From Octopus sinensis (taxonomy: Eukaryota): 64,000 bases of DNA. The position numbers and the translations under genes were made by a program. How positions within the stretch are numbered: position 1 is the stretch's first letter; the number at the start of each line of letters is the position of its first letter. Shown here piece by piece: positions 1 to 13,200 of the stretch. The stretch lies in NCBI RefSeq assembly GCF_006345805.1, contig NC_042997.1, positions 165,788,001-165,852,000 on the forward strand. Direction: 5' to 3'. The notes below the pieces were generated by a model. That model was not told where the DNA came from. It did no database searches and was given only the letters and a program-made list of their open reading frames with translations.

Positions 1-890
1 AAAAAAAAAATCAGTTTTTGTTTTCTTTCTCTCCACAATCTGCGTCTTGCATGCTTTCATTTTCCTTCACATATAACCAAATGTCAGCGTCTTTTATTTA
101 ATAATGAAACAAATAGAAGGGGTAATTTTTGTACATTTAGGTCAAACAACCACTTTTACATTTTCGTTTATAATACACGAAAAATACAATAAAGAATCAC
201 ATACTAATTAAAGAAAGACTACAAAGACTATTTTGTTGGTCCGCTAGAAATAGCAGCGAAATCTCAAACTATGGTTAACACGCAATAACTTAAATTTCTT
301 TTTGCGACGTTAAGCGGCATGTTAATCTAAATTGTAGTTAGAGAATATATTAGACAACGTAGATCTTGATGTACAAGAAGACGAGAAAGTCGTGGTTAGA
401 AAACCTTTGATCATATATGCTCGGTTAAGGCTGATATGGGGCTATTCCGAAATAGCTTTTCAAAAGAAAATAATTGCCCTCGCTCTATGTGTAAGAAAAC
501 TCAAGGCGGATGAAGTGAGCGAGCCGGTATCTAAGCAATATCAAATCTCAAAGAGAAACAGAATTAGTGGCGGGTGAATTGTTTCTTTTAGTTTTTATGG
601 ATCTTAAAACGAAGGCCTGCAGAAAAAAAACCCAGATTTCCAATAATATAGCATAGGCGAATGCGAAAATATCAACTTCAGTAACGCAAATAAATAAGTT
701 GATGGCTTAACGTAAAATTCAGGGAGGGAATAAATTCAATCCAGGAACCTGTAAAACAATATATCTCCTTACAGAATATTTTAATAAATTTTTGGGTTTA
801 TGTAGGAAAAATATACATTAGGAATAAAATATGAAATATGATGTTAAATCGTATAAAATTAATGAAGTTTTTCTTTTCATGCATGTTTCA

Positions 891-1079
<189 letters not shown>

Positions 1080-1483
1080 TCAACTTCAGTCGACAACGAT
1101 ATTTCTTTCTCTCCGTCCAACTGAAAATGGCGTTCACGCGTGCCGTAAACCGGGTTATGACACTGTCGTTCAACACAACCCTCGTGTACGATTTTTTTTG
1201 TTATTCTTGTTGAAGAATCATGAAATGACGTAATATTACATAAAAATTTTAAAAAATTAATTAAATTAAGACAACAACAGAACTGCAAAAATATTACGAT
1301 TGTGGGATAATCATTTTTTTTATTATAACGAAACGCCACCTATACGGCATAGTTATAACGTCTAAAAACAAAAAGAAACATATACTGTAGGGTGGAAAAA
1401 AACTGAATAAACATTGAATTATTTGTAAAATAATTCCCTGTGTATATAATATTAACCTTAAATATAGATATCTAAAAACTAGT

Positions 1484-1486
<3 letters not shown>

Positions 1487-1515
<29 letters not shown>
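1487..1515. repeat. (AT)n microsatellite in the RUVBL1/CCDC146 intergenic promoter region
   Basis: About 14 uninterrupted AT units. Confidence 0.95.
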
Positions 1516-1518
<3 letters not shown>

Positions 1519-1553
1519 AACCATGTTGCTTTTAAATTAACGACAGTCAAACA

Positions 1554-1582
1554 GTTTCTTAGTAACACATTGTTATGGCAAC
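1554..1582. promoter_or_regulatory. Two adjacent RFX X-box-like motifs, probable CCDC146 promoter
   Basis: GTTTCTTAGTAAC (1554-1566) and ATTGTTATGGCAAC (1569-1582) resemble the X-box consensus GTTGCCATGGCAAC. They lie upstream of a motile-cilia gene. Confidence 0.6.
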
Positions 1583-2170
1583 AGTAACTACGAGTGTAAT
1601 GTAATTAATCCTTTATAATCAATGTTTCCAAAGACTAGTTTCCCCAAGAAACAAATATACAGTGCACCTCAACAAAAAGTAGTATTACTTTCTGTAATTA
1701 CACTAATAATGTTTTGTTTGTGAGGAGACAAAATATCAATTTGTACAGATCGTTATTATCGTGCATAAACAACCAAACTGATAGGTTTGTTTTTATTGAT
1801 TGATATAATTATTGATGTATTGATGTATTTTCTCAGGCGATTCTCATGTATAAGTGATTTTATTGATTTAGTTATCGATGTATTGATATTATTGATTTGG
1901 CTATTGATATATCGATATTATCGAAATTGTTATCAGCGTTTCAATATTGATATATCAATATGTGTCGGAGTTGTACTTGTTTGGCAAGTAACTTGATCTG
2001 AGAACGTGTGTTAAAACTGAATAATTATATCATGGAAGGGTCATTTTAACCACTTATGAACACACACAAAGTATTATATTCTCTCTCTTTCTCTCTCTCT
2101 CTTCTTCTTATTTCTATAATGTACGGCCTTTTATGAAGTGTTAAAAAGTTTTGTCGTACTAGTCATTGAC

Positions 2171-2300
2171 CACTAGCATAGCTAGAGGGAGGCGGCACCA
2201 CTTTTGGGCCTGCTGTAGGCAATATGTACTTTTTGTGGGGGCCCAGGGGTGACAAACTGAAGGGCCGCCCCTGGCAGCACACACTCTCGCTATGCTCGTG
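2171..2300. mobile_element. Small GC-rich MITE-like element
   Basis: Imperfect terminal inverted repeats CACTAGCATAGCTAG and CTCGCTATGCTCGTG (13/15 match). No clear TSD. Confidence 0.4.
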
Positions 2301-4359
2301 ATTACGGACACATTTCTGCACGCAGTTAAACTGTATTCGTGACCAGGTCGCAGAAGTGCGACGAAACTTGTTGACATTTCATAATAGACAGTACTGTTAA
2401 GAAATTAAACGAAAAATGAATGTAACAATTTCTGTGCATTCTTAAATGACTAAAACAACTTCCCACTCACGATAAAATTTTGTAATTGTACTAATATTTA
2501 TTGATTTCCATGTCACAAACTAGTATTAGATGGGAATTTCCTTTGTGGCCGTTCTTTTTTTCTAGAAATAGTAGCCAAATTTCCTTCAAATCATAACCCT
2601 TCGTCTTAAAAAATAAATGACTTGTTCAAGATTCACTGTGTCTGAAAAAAAAAAAAAAAAGAAAGAAAAGAAAAAAATGTCAGACATTTTCAGAAGGATC
2701 CTAAGCTTACTGGATTAAGCTCGACCTGGGCTTAACAACAACTGGTATTTATATTATGAGTCACGATGATATTAAAGATATAACCACGTCCAAAAACTAT
2801 TTAACTCTAAATGATAAAGAGTAAAATTAATTAACCTTTTATCCTTCATATACACCCGGAATGCATTACAGAAATAGGTTCACCTGAGTATTTGACTGGC
2901 ACTGTATTTCATTGTCCCCAAAAGAACAAAAGGCAAAGTTGGCCTCATTAGGATTCGAAATCAGAATACTGCCAAATATTCTAACAATTATGCCAATTCC
3001 TGTTTTTCAGCCCCAGGTCAATTGTTATCGTGCAGATCTGCATTCAAAAGTGTTTTATGTCTTTCTTTTAAGAAGAGTTTAGTTTGAGAAAAAAATTGTT
3101 TGCTACTTTTAGCAGGTTGGCTGGCTACATAGTAGTTTCCCTATAGGTTAATTTCTACCGTTATATTGTTACTGATATTGTTATTGATATGGAGATAGGC
3201 AGCAAAATAAATGCATTGCAGTTTTTAATTTCGTACCTTTAGATCTGGAGATTGAAGCTCACCTAGATTAACTTCATCCTTGAATCCTTGGAATAAGTAA
3301 GTAATGATAATATTCTAAGATTAAATTAATCAATGATATCCCAAGCTGAAAAAATAAAAAAGTAAAAAAAAAAAAAATTGGTGTCTCTTCATGGTTGATT
3401 GACATGCAAGAAATAGCAGCTAAATCTTCCTCAAATCATGCCTTGTTGTCTTCAGATCGGATACACTAGATTGTGTAGTCTGGAAAAAGGATGGGATCAT
3501 CATAGTTGGAATGCATTTGACCATAGGTCTGCTTGGTCAGGGTTGACCTTAGTCTAAACTGCAACAACACAAATAAAAGAAAAAAAGTAGAAAGAAAAAA
3601 TAAACTTTTGCATATTAACAGAAGTCAATATATTGATAAGTTTGTTAATATTGTTACAAATATTTTGATGAGCAATGTGTAACCATAGATAAGTCCTCAG
3701 CACTTTTGATTCAGTTCCATGTTGAAGCCATTTTGTACTTTTTTTTTCATTTTGGACAGGTGGGATGTCTTTTAAAAGTGATTTAGCTACTATTTATGGG
3801 AAGTCAAATGATCAATTACAGACTCTGGATTTTCCATTCATATTGCATATAACTAAAATGCTCATGATCAGGGTTCTGATACATCACCGCTTATTAAAAA
3901 AGCAGGTTTATTGTGTTTGAATCCTATAATGGTACACTGAAGTCATTAATATTAACAATCCAGAACTTTCCAGCCTTGGTATCTGTTGTGCTTTTCACTC
4001 CCTCCCTTACATTCAAAGCTAAAGGAATTATTGTGAGACTGCAGGAACTAAAATATATTATAATGGAAATTTGGTATCTGATAATACTTTGACTGTGGCT
4101 TGGGCAGTATAAGAAAAACAGCATGTCCAAAACATTTTACTGTGACCTGTAAAGAGAAATAATAGTATTCTTTGGTTGAAACTTCAGCATTTGTTCATTT
4201 CCAATTTATTAACTGGCAAATCTCTGCTATGAAACTATCCAGTGTTTCACATCCTAAATTTTAGGATAGCATGCCCAAAATAAAGATGTGATGATCACAG
4301 TTGGGCATTCTTTTCATGCATATTTCAGTCTGTGTTATCAGAGGTCTGATCAAACAGAA

Positions 4360-4688
4360 CAAGGGTTCTCAACCATTTTTTATCGATGGACCCCCTTTGA
4401 TTACTATTTTATTCTGGTGGACCCCTTTATCCATTTGATGCTTAAAAACTAGTTTTATAGAATGTTATTTATTAATTAATGTTTTCACACATTAATTTGT
4501 GCAGGTTGAACTATGTAAAATGTTAGTGAAAGAAATCTTGCTGTTTCTTGCAATACATATCAATACCTATGTCTAAAGCAAAATTTCTTCAGGTGCTCCT
4601 AAAATACTATTTACTGTTTTGCTATGTGGACCCCCAGAAATCTGATGTGAACCCTCAGGTGCTATATAGATCTCAGTTGAGAATGACT
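4360..4688. mobile_element. hAT-type MITE
   Basis: Termini CAAGGGTTCTCAAC and GTTGAGAATGACTG, with a degenerate 8-bp TSD (AAACAGAA / AAATACAA). Confidence 0.6.
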
Positions 4689-5293
4689 GAAATACAACAT
4701 CATGAGAACATATCATTGCTGTTATCATTATGATTATAACTTCTATATAACAATAGCTGATATAAATGCTCGTTGGTTGCTTCTTGATTTCTCCAGTCTG
4801 TTTTACATCACACACAGAGAAGGGCAGTGTGAGAGTAAAAGAGAGATACTGACAGAGTTAACATAAAAGGTATAGGAGAAGCGCACATATGAGGTATGAT
4901 AGGTGGCAAAGAGTGAAAGAATAACATGCACAGTGAGAGAGATAGAATCATAAAGACAGAGGAAGGTGAGGGAGTAAATGAAAGAGTGGTTATGGGAGGA
5001 GTTATACAAATGAGGAATTTGTTCTATTTGAATATATTTTAAAGTTATAATTTTTACCCTGCGAGTGTAAGTGAAAGTAGGGTATTGTAATCACTTGTCT
5101 TTGTCTGTGTGTTTTCAAAATTACTGGGAAATGGTTGAACGGATTTTCACCACATTTGGCAGAAACACTCACTGGGTGAATGGCTTGAAATGATGAACAT
5201 TTGGTTTCTTTATCTTAAAAGAAAAAGATTAAAAAGAAAACAAACTTACAAATTTCTCAATAAGCAAGTGGTTATATTATTTTGTTCACTTTC

Positions 5294-5817
5294 TTTTTCA
5301 TTTGCATTGACCCTCATCTGTGTGTGTATAGAACATGGTATACCTATGCATATAGACATGTGTGCATACATACATATGCAACTGTGTGTGTGGGTGTGTG
5401 TATATAGTGATGGATTTGAGGGTTTTGTTTATTTACGAGTTGATTTCTTAATTTCACCAAAGTATAAATATCTATAATGGTGATACTTAAAAAAAAAAAT
5501 AAATAAATAATTCAGTTCAATTAAAAAGTATGGGTAAGCAATGCATTGTAAGCCACACTATAATTTGCAAAAAATTGTATTTATATGCAAGTTATGCATC
5601 CCTGCTCTGAGTTCTATTTTTTCATGTTTTTAAAAATTAATATTCATTTCATCATTTTTTTTTTCATTTGCATTGACCCTCATCTGTGTGTGTATAGAAC
5701 ATGGTGTACCTATGCACATAGACATGTGTGCACACATACATACATACATACATAGATATGCGACTGTGTGTGTAGGTGTGTGTATATAGTGATGGATTTG
5801 AGGGTTTTGTTTATTTA
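5294..5817. repeat. Local direct duplication of about 150 bp (5294-5435 and about 5660-5817)
   Basis: Both copies run from TTTTTCATTTGCATTGACCCTCATCTGTG to GGATTTGAGGGTTTTGTTTATTTA, differing mainly in an internal (CATA)n. Confidence 0.9.
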
Positions 5818-5839
5818 ATTGATAAAATTTAAATATAAT

Positions 5840-5991
5840 GTGGCTGTGTGGTAAGTAGCTTGCTTACCAACCACATGGTTCCGGATTCAGTCCCACTGCG
5901 TGGCATCTTGGGCAAGTGTCTTCTAGTATGGCCTCGGGCCGACCAAAGCCTTGTGAGTGGATTTGGTAAACGGAAACTGAAAGAAGCCTGT

Positions 5992-6046
<55 letters not shown>

Positions 6047-6240
6047 ATGTTTGTGTGTCTGTGTTTGTCCCCCTAGCATTGCTTGATAACCAATGCTGGT
6101 GTGTTTACGTCGCCGTCACTTAGCAGTTCGGCAAAAGAGACTGATAGAATAAGTCCTGGGGTCAATTTTCTTGACTAAAGGCGGTGATCCAGCATGGCCG
6201 CAGTCAAATGACTGAAACAAGTGAAAGAGAAAAGAGAAAA
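5840..6240 (+). mobile_element. tRNA-derived SINE family A (internal TA/TG microsatellite)
   Basis: A-box TGGCTGTGTGG, B-box GGATTCAGTCCC, and tail CAGCATGGCCGCAGTCAAATGACTGAAACAAG. Near-identical to the copies at 32226 and 58157. Confidence 0.85.
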
Positions 6241-6502
6241 TCATTATATGTATGTCATATTTCCTGATATTACCCCTAGTGGCAAAAATATACTTCTAAG
6301 GTTACTGCCAGATGATGGATAACATTCTAGTTATAATAATCATCAGCATCATAATTGGATGTCTCTCTTCCCATGTTCACACTGGTTGGACAGTAATTCA
6401 ACAATAATTAGCACAGCAAATGTCATTCTTTAATTGCAGACAACACTGGATTTTTTTCTAAAACTTTTTGGAAGACTGGATTTGCCAAAAGCTTTTTGAA
6501 AG

Positions 6503-6715
6503 ATGAAGAGAAGCAAAACTGAGGCGGTAGACAAGGGTGGAAGAAATGAAGATCCACCACCAAACAATCCACAGGCATGCACATTTGTAACAAACCCAGA
6601 GGAGCAGGAAGAGTCAGCGCCTTGTACTGAAGTCAATCAAAGTGAAGTATCAGAAGAAGAAAAAGTGTCAGTTATAGAGATTAATGAAAATCCAGCCTTG
6701 CGAATCCTCGACAAT
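6503..6715 (+). CDS. CCDC146: CCDC146 coding exon 1
   Basis: Acceptor TTGCAG ends at 6439, in-frame TGA at 6497, ATG at 6503. [10 protein letters not shown]...[13 protein letters not shown], donor AAT|GTGAGA. Confidence 0.85.
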
Positions 6716-7215
6716 GTGAGAAATCTTCTGCTTTATTCCAAATTTAACTATTATATTGTCTAATTAGTTAAATAGGTGCTAAGGGAAATAACACAAGGAG
6801 AAAAGTAACATGAATTTAGTGAATTGAGATATGGTGTAATACTGAATGTGACGTCTGTAACAGATTCTAGATGAAATAAAGTTTGCTCATTAGTTGGAGA
6901 AAGAAAATAAAAGCTTAGTGGTAATTGTCAGTGACTTTGATTTTGTAAGGGACTCTTTTCTGACTTTGTGAAGTGCTGCTTCTCAAAATTGGTGCTGAGG
7001 CAGTTAGTTACATATCTAGGTGGCCTAATAATCATAGGTATAAATTCAAAGCTCCATTCCAGGTGGAGCAACTTACATTCCCATTTGTTCATGATGATGA
7101 TACATCCTCTTTTTCACTAATTCTTAACATTTAACAGCACCTGCTCAGCACATGTGTGTGTGTATGTATGTATGTATGTATGTATGTATGTATGTATGTG
7201 TGTGTGTGTGTGTGT

Positions 7216-7249
<34 letters not shown>

Positions 7250-10200
7250 TTTGTTTGTTGTTTGTTTGTTTGTTTGTGTGTGTGTGTGTGTGTATATATA
7301 TCTGTGTGTATATATCTGTGTGTATGTATGTAAATACACATACTGTTTAAATTAAAAGCAAGAGCTGTTTACATAGTCTCTTCTATACAACATAAATCGA
7401 AATATTTTTGGTAGCTTTAGGCAAACAGTAATATGAAATACTAAAACAACCAGTTTTCTGCTTATTTTTGAAGTCTACAATTAACCAAGATTCTAAAGAG
7501 ATTTTAACATAACACTCTCTATATTTTGCTGAAACATTGGTGTTCTTATTGACTGATGACTTCTGCATTGAAAAATAAATGTATTCTGTGAATTTCTACA
7601 TAAATAATGTTCCTTTCAATTGCATCATCTTTTAGCTTAGCAATTCTGGAAGAATTTCTTCAGCAAAAGCAACATACTTTAAAGAGAAGTATTTGAAAAT
7701 GCAGCAACTTCTAACTCAGTAAGTTATCAATAAAATGTACAGTTGTCTTCGTCATCATTATTGTTATTATCATTGCTGTCACTAGTTGTCTGCATCATCA
7801 TCTTCACTGTCATCGTTGTTGTTATCATCGTTGACATGGCCTCTGCTACTGCCGCCATCTTCATCATCACTGACACCATCATCAATTGCGGGGTACACAA
7901 TCCTTGTTTGTCCTTAGATTATTTTCTTACTGTACACTATCACTGTGGCCCATCATCACCAGACACCATCAGACCAGTTACCTTACCATGTGGAATGTCA
8001 GTAGCTGAAGTCACTGAATTCTTAAACCCTATTGGTTAAACCTGTTAGTACCTGTTACTAATAGACTGTTTCTTCCATCATGTTGAAGCATTGACCTCCT
8101 GGAATCTGTCCAGAGACGTGCAACCAAACGCATACCCTCCATCAGACACCTACCATATTCTGAGCGCCTTGTTTCCCTGGGCATGGATTCACTGAAGCTC
8201 CGGCGTCTGGCGACGGACTTGGTAAACAGCCACAAAGTTATCAACCACCTCACCAACAACAACACTGAACACCTTTTTGATCTCCATGTGTCTAACACAC
8301 GTGGACATGCCTACAAAGTCAGAAAACAACACAGCTCCCATGACTTTCGGAAACATTTTTTCATGCTCAGAGTTGCTGAAGCATGGAATAAACTGCCTGC
8401 GTCAGTTGTTGACTGCCATGACACTGCATCCTTTAAGGCCCTCATGCTTTCCGAAATCTGCCGAAACTACACCTGTTTATATATACACTTTAGATGAGTT
8501 GTAGTGCACCTGAGCACTGTACACAATTATTATTATTATTATATTTAAAGTTATCTGAAACTGTCTGACCTTGCTGTTTTATCAGACTATTATGAGACAT
8601 GAGCTGACAAGAGGAGGCCCAAATATTCTCACCTAGAAGCCATCCTTAAATTTTCTTCATTCTGAGTATGTATCTGGGGATGAAAATATAATTCTACCCT
8701 TACAAAGCTTGATTTAACCTCAGTTCTTCATTACAGATATTTCTCTTTCACCTCTAGTGCATGTCACCAATTCTATTATCAAATTCCCAGTCAATGGAGC
8801 TTATAATCTGTTAACAAAATATCTTTAATAATTGCACAAGCACTTGAGAAAAATACTTTTTCATGTGTAATATAGTAGCATAATTTGTAGAGCATCATGA
8901 AAAATACTTTATGGTGTCTGCTTATGTCCCTTTTCATTCAGTCTTCAAACTTCTCCAAACTTTCTTCATGTTAATTCTTTCTGAAGTTGAGAAAAGAAAT
9001 ACTATTATAGCAGAGATATTTGCAAGGTAGGTAGTTCCTAGTCAATCTAAAATTGCAAATGTTAATTAAGGAATATAACAAGTAAATTACTTCACTTTAA
9101 TTAAGTAAAAGTAAATTTAAGGTATCAAATCCATTATGTAATTCAAGAATATTTTGAAATTAGACAGGTAAAATTTCAATCCTTTCAACTACAATGTATA
9201 CATTTAGGTGTGATTATGTTGTATTGTGTGCTTTGGGTGTAACTACAAAATGTATTAAATAGCATTCCATAAATGAAAAAGGGATTCATGCCTTTTGCTC
9301 AGTGTTGTATCAATCAAAGATTTGGAAGAAATACTGGAATATATGTTTCGTTGTATTTCTTTTGACCCTTTACTTTTTGAGTTCAAATCCCACTGGAATC
9401 AGTTTTTTCCTTTTGTCTTTTTGGGTTAAGTAAAATAAAGTACCAGTCAAGTGCTGGGGTCAATGTAATCACTCTTCAGAATTGTTGGCTTTGTGCCTCA
9501 ATCAAAAAACCATTATTGTTGATGTTCATCATCATTATCATCATCGTTTAGCGTCTGCTTTCCATGCTGGCAGGGGCTGGACGATTTGACAGAAGGCTGG
9601 TGAGCCAGAAGGCTGCACCAGGCTCCAATATGATCTGGCAGAGTTTCTACAGCTGGATGCTCTTTTTACTGCCGACCACTCCAAGAGTGTAGTGGGTGCT
9701 TTTTATGTGCCACTGGCATGAGGGCCAGTCAGGCAGTACTGACATCGGCCACACTCAAATGGTGCTTTTTATATTCCACTGGCACAGGAGTCAGTCAGGC
9801 GGCACTGGCAACGACTACGCTCAAATGGTATTTTTTACGTGCCACCAGCACAGGAGCCAGTCTAGTGACACTGGTAATGATCACACTCAAATGCTGCTTT
9901 TTGCATGCCACTGGCATGGGACCCAGTCAGGTGGCACTGGCAACGATCATGCTCAAATGGTGATTTTGACATGCCACTGGCACGGGTGCCAATCAGGCGG
10001 TACTGTCATCATGACAACAATTTCACTTGGCTCGACAGGTCTTTGCAAGCGCAGATTATTGCCCAACAATTAAAGGGTATTCTTAAATGGGCTGGTTATG
10101 CTGCACTGGCTTAGACCACAGTTATGGCCTCACTTGGCTTGCCAGGTTTTCGCAAGCACAGCATATCTCCAAAGGTCTCAGTCACTTGTCATTGCCTTGG

Positions 10201-13200
10201 TGAGGCCCAATGTTTGAAGTTTGTGCTTCATCACCTCATCCCAGTCTTCCTGGGTCTACCTCTTTCATAGGTTCCCTCTGCTAGAGTGTGACACTTTTTC
10301 ACAAAGCTGTTCTCATCCATTCACAACACATGACCATACCAGCGCAGTCGTCTCTCTTGCACACCACATCTGATGCTTCTTAAGTTCAACTTTTCTCTCA
10401 GGGTGCTTACTCTCTGTCGTGTATGCACACTAACATTATACATTCAGCAGAGCATATTGGATTTATTCCTTGCAAGCTTACACTTGTCCTCAGCAGTCAC
10501 AGCCCATGTTTCACTGCCATGTAGCATAGCTGTTTGCACACATGCATCATACAGTCTACCTTTTACTCTGAGCAAGAGGCCCTTTGTCGCCAGCAGAGGT
10601 AGAAACTCTCTGAACTTTGCCCAGGCTATTCTTATTCTAGCAGCTACACTCTCAGAGCACCCACCCCTGCTACTGACTTAGTCACCTAGGTAACAGAAGC
10701 TATCAACTACTTGTAGCTTTTCTCCCTGGAATGTGATGGAAGCTGTTTTCTGCACATTTTCTGTGCTTATTGCACCTGAGCATTTGCCACACACAAAAAC
10801 TACCTTCCCAGTTAACCTTCCTATGATATTGCTGCACCTCTTATGTATCCATAGCTTACACAAGGTACATCTTATGGAGTTTCCACCTACGCCTTTTCTA
10901 CAGATCGAGCAGGGCCATCTATCTGAAGGGATTTGTGGTTTGTCTGCCTTCCTACTTATGAAGACTTTGGTTTTTTGCTAAGTTGACTCTAAGGCCCTTC
11001 GATTCTAGACCTTGCTTCCACACCTGAAACTTATCCTCTAGTTCTGATAGTGACTCAGCTATTAGAGCAAGGTCATCAGCATAGAGAAGCTCCCAGGGAC
11101 ATCCTGTCTTGAATCCCTTTGTTATTGCCTGGAATACTATGATGAATAAGAGGAGACTGAACCTTGGTGGACCTCTACCCCTACCTCGAATTCTTCACTG
11201 TACTCGTTTCCAAACCTCATCTTACTGACAGCATCCCTGTACATGGCTTGTACAGCTCTCACTAACCACTCATCTATCTCTAGTTTCCTCATTGACCAAT
11301 TTTTTTTCCAAGATAAGAGTAATAAAGACGAATAGAGTCAATTGTTCAGTTAAATGCAATATATATATAGTTCAGATTCTAGAAGGGCCACATTCCCATT
11401 GATTTCCGTATAAATGATAAACTTAGAATCAATAATAGATTGATCTTTGACCTTAGCTGGCAGCCATAAGTATTACTTTCATGCTTAATTGTGTAAATCG
11501 GTATAATTTTTGTTTTTAACTCTTTTTTTTTTTTTTGCATTTAAACCAGCCATATCAAACTCAAATATTCTGCCTGCTTTATGTTCAAACCTTTCAGTTC
11601 TACCTTACAATGTCATTCTAAATATAAACAATCACATCATCATAATCTCAAAACTATTGGGTTGTCCGGAAAGTTCGTGCTGATTTTTAAAGGAAAGAAA
11701 ATGGTCAATAAATACTTGCCATTACATTTTTAATCAACCAAATATGAACCATTTTGTTGTACAATGCGTCTCTATCTTTCCTTTAACTTGAAAATACCCT
11801 CTTCCCAGAATTGTGGTGGTTTCATGGCAAAGAATTCATCAAGGTATCTTTTTATGTTATCCAAGGAATTGAAATTTTTACAATTAAGACTATTCTGAAG
11901 AGGCCTGAATAAGTGGAAATCTGAAGGAGCAATATCTGGTGAATATGGAGGGTGGGGTAACACATCCCAGTGGAGCTGCAGCAATTTTTGTCTGGTTCCC
12001 AAATCATCAAGTGCCAAAAATGAACTTTCTTATCTTCCATTTTAAAGGGTTACAAAATTAACACAGGTTATAGGAACATAAACCATCTTCCATGAAAAGA
12101 TGTGCTCTAAATGGAGGTGTAGTCAAATCCTATTTTATGGACTCAACCATGTTCTAAAGTAAGTCGAAAGGTAAGCTACTATAAATCAGCACGAACTTTC
12201 TGGACAACCCAATACAAGATAACGCATGATTACTTCAAAACTCGTGAATAAATAAGTATTATATTCAACAGAGTGATCTCGATGCTAAACAGATAATGTT
12301 GTCTTTCACTAGATCTAGCTCCAAGGTATCAAGATTGCATGAAGAATATTCTGAATATCTCAGTTCTCAACAAGAACTGATGCGAAAACTTGAAGAGGCT
12401 AATAAATACCCAAAGAATATTGCTGTGTCAACAGAAATTACTAGCTTACGAGAATCCTTTTTGAGTGCCAGCAACAAATATGCGGAAGTAAAAGAACGTT
12501 TACTTCATTATGAATTCAAAATAGAATGGTAAAGTAGTTTATGTTCTTTTTTTTCTTTCTTCTTTCTTTATTTTTTGCTTATTGGTTTTGTTAGGGGAGA
12601 GGACAGTAGCAATAACCTTTTTTCAGGGCTACCAAGTTGGTACTGTTTGGCACTTGGATCATAAGAATATGAAAAACCTTCCATCATGGAAAAGTGAATA
12701 GCTAATTGAAACCATTTTGAAGGGAAAATCAGACTTTTTTTTTGTTGGTTTTGTTAATAGTTTGGAGAAAGAAAATAAAGAAAAACAAACCCTATATTTC
12801 TTTTCAACACCTATGTATGTATGTATGTATGTATGTATGTATGTATGTATGTATGTATGTATGTATGTATGTATGTATCCTTTTTACAGGAATATGTGCT
12901 CACATAAGTGTCAAGGGGGTACGGATAAAAGGATATTGCACCATTCTTTGATATTTATTTTCTTGCTATGATTTATTTTCTTACATGAGTTATCTTAGTT
13001 TCTCATTACTTTTATCTATTTTTATTTAAAATATATCTTTTATTTAATTAAGTTTTTCAATATTATTAATATAGTTGTTTCATTTTATTAACATTCTTAA
13101 TATAGTTTGACTGAAGAGAAAACGGTTTTACTAAGGGAAGTCACCAAACAACCAAAACCAGGGGTGAGTTTTATTTATTGCCATTTGTTATTCATTTAAT

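Noticed and set aside
5840-5915. SINE heads as tRNA genes
   Set aside because: A and B boxes are present, but there is no complete cloverleaf and each continues into a SINE body.
7117-7355. ORFs rich in HT/CV/YI repeats (also at about 12.7, 15.0, 31.8, 40.2 and 43.0 kb)
   Set aside because: They are translations of dinucleotide and tetranucleotide microsatellites.
9696-10114. Repetitive ORFs containing CHWHG and LFTCH motifs (also at 28.5, 45.9 and 59.9 kb)
   Set aside because: Translations of the RTE 3'UTR tandem modules.
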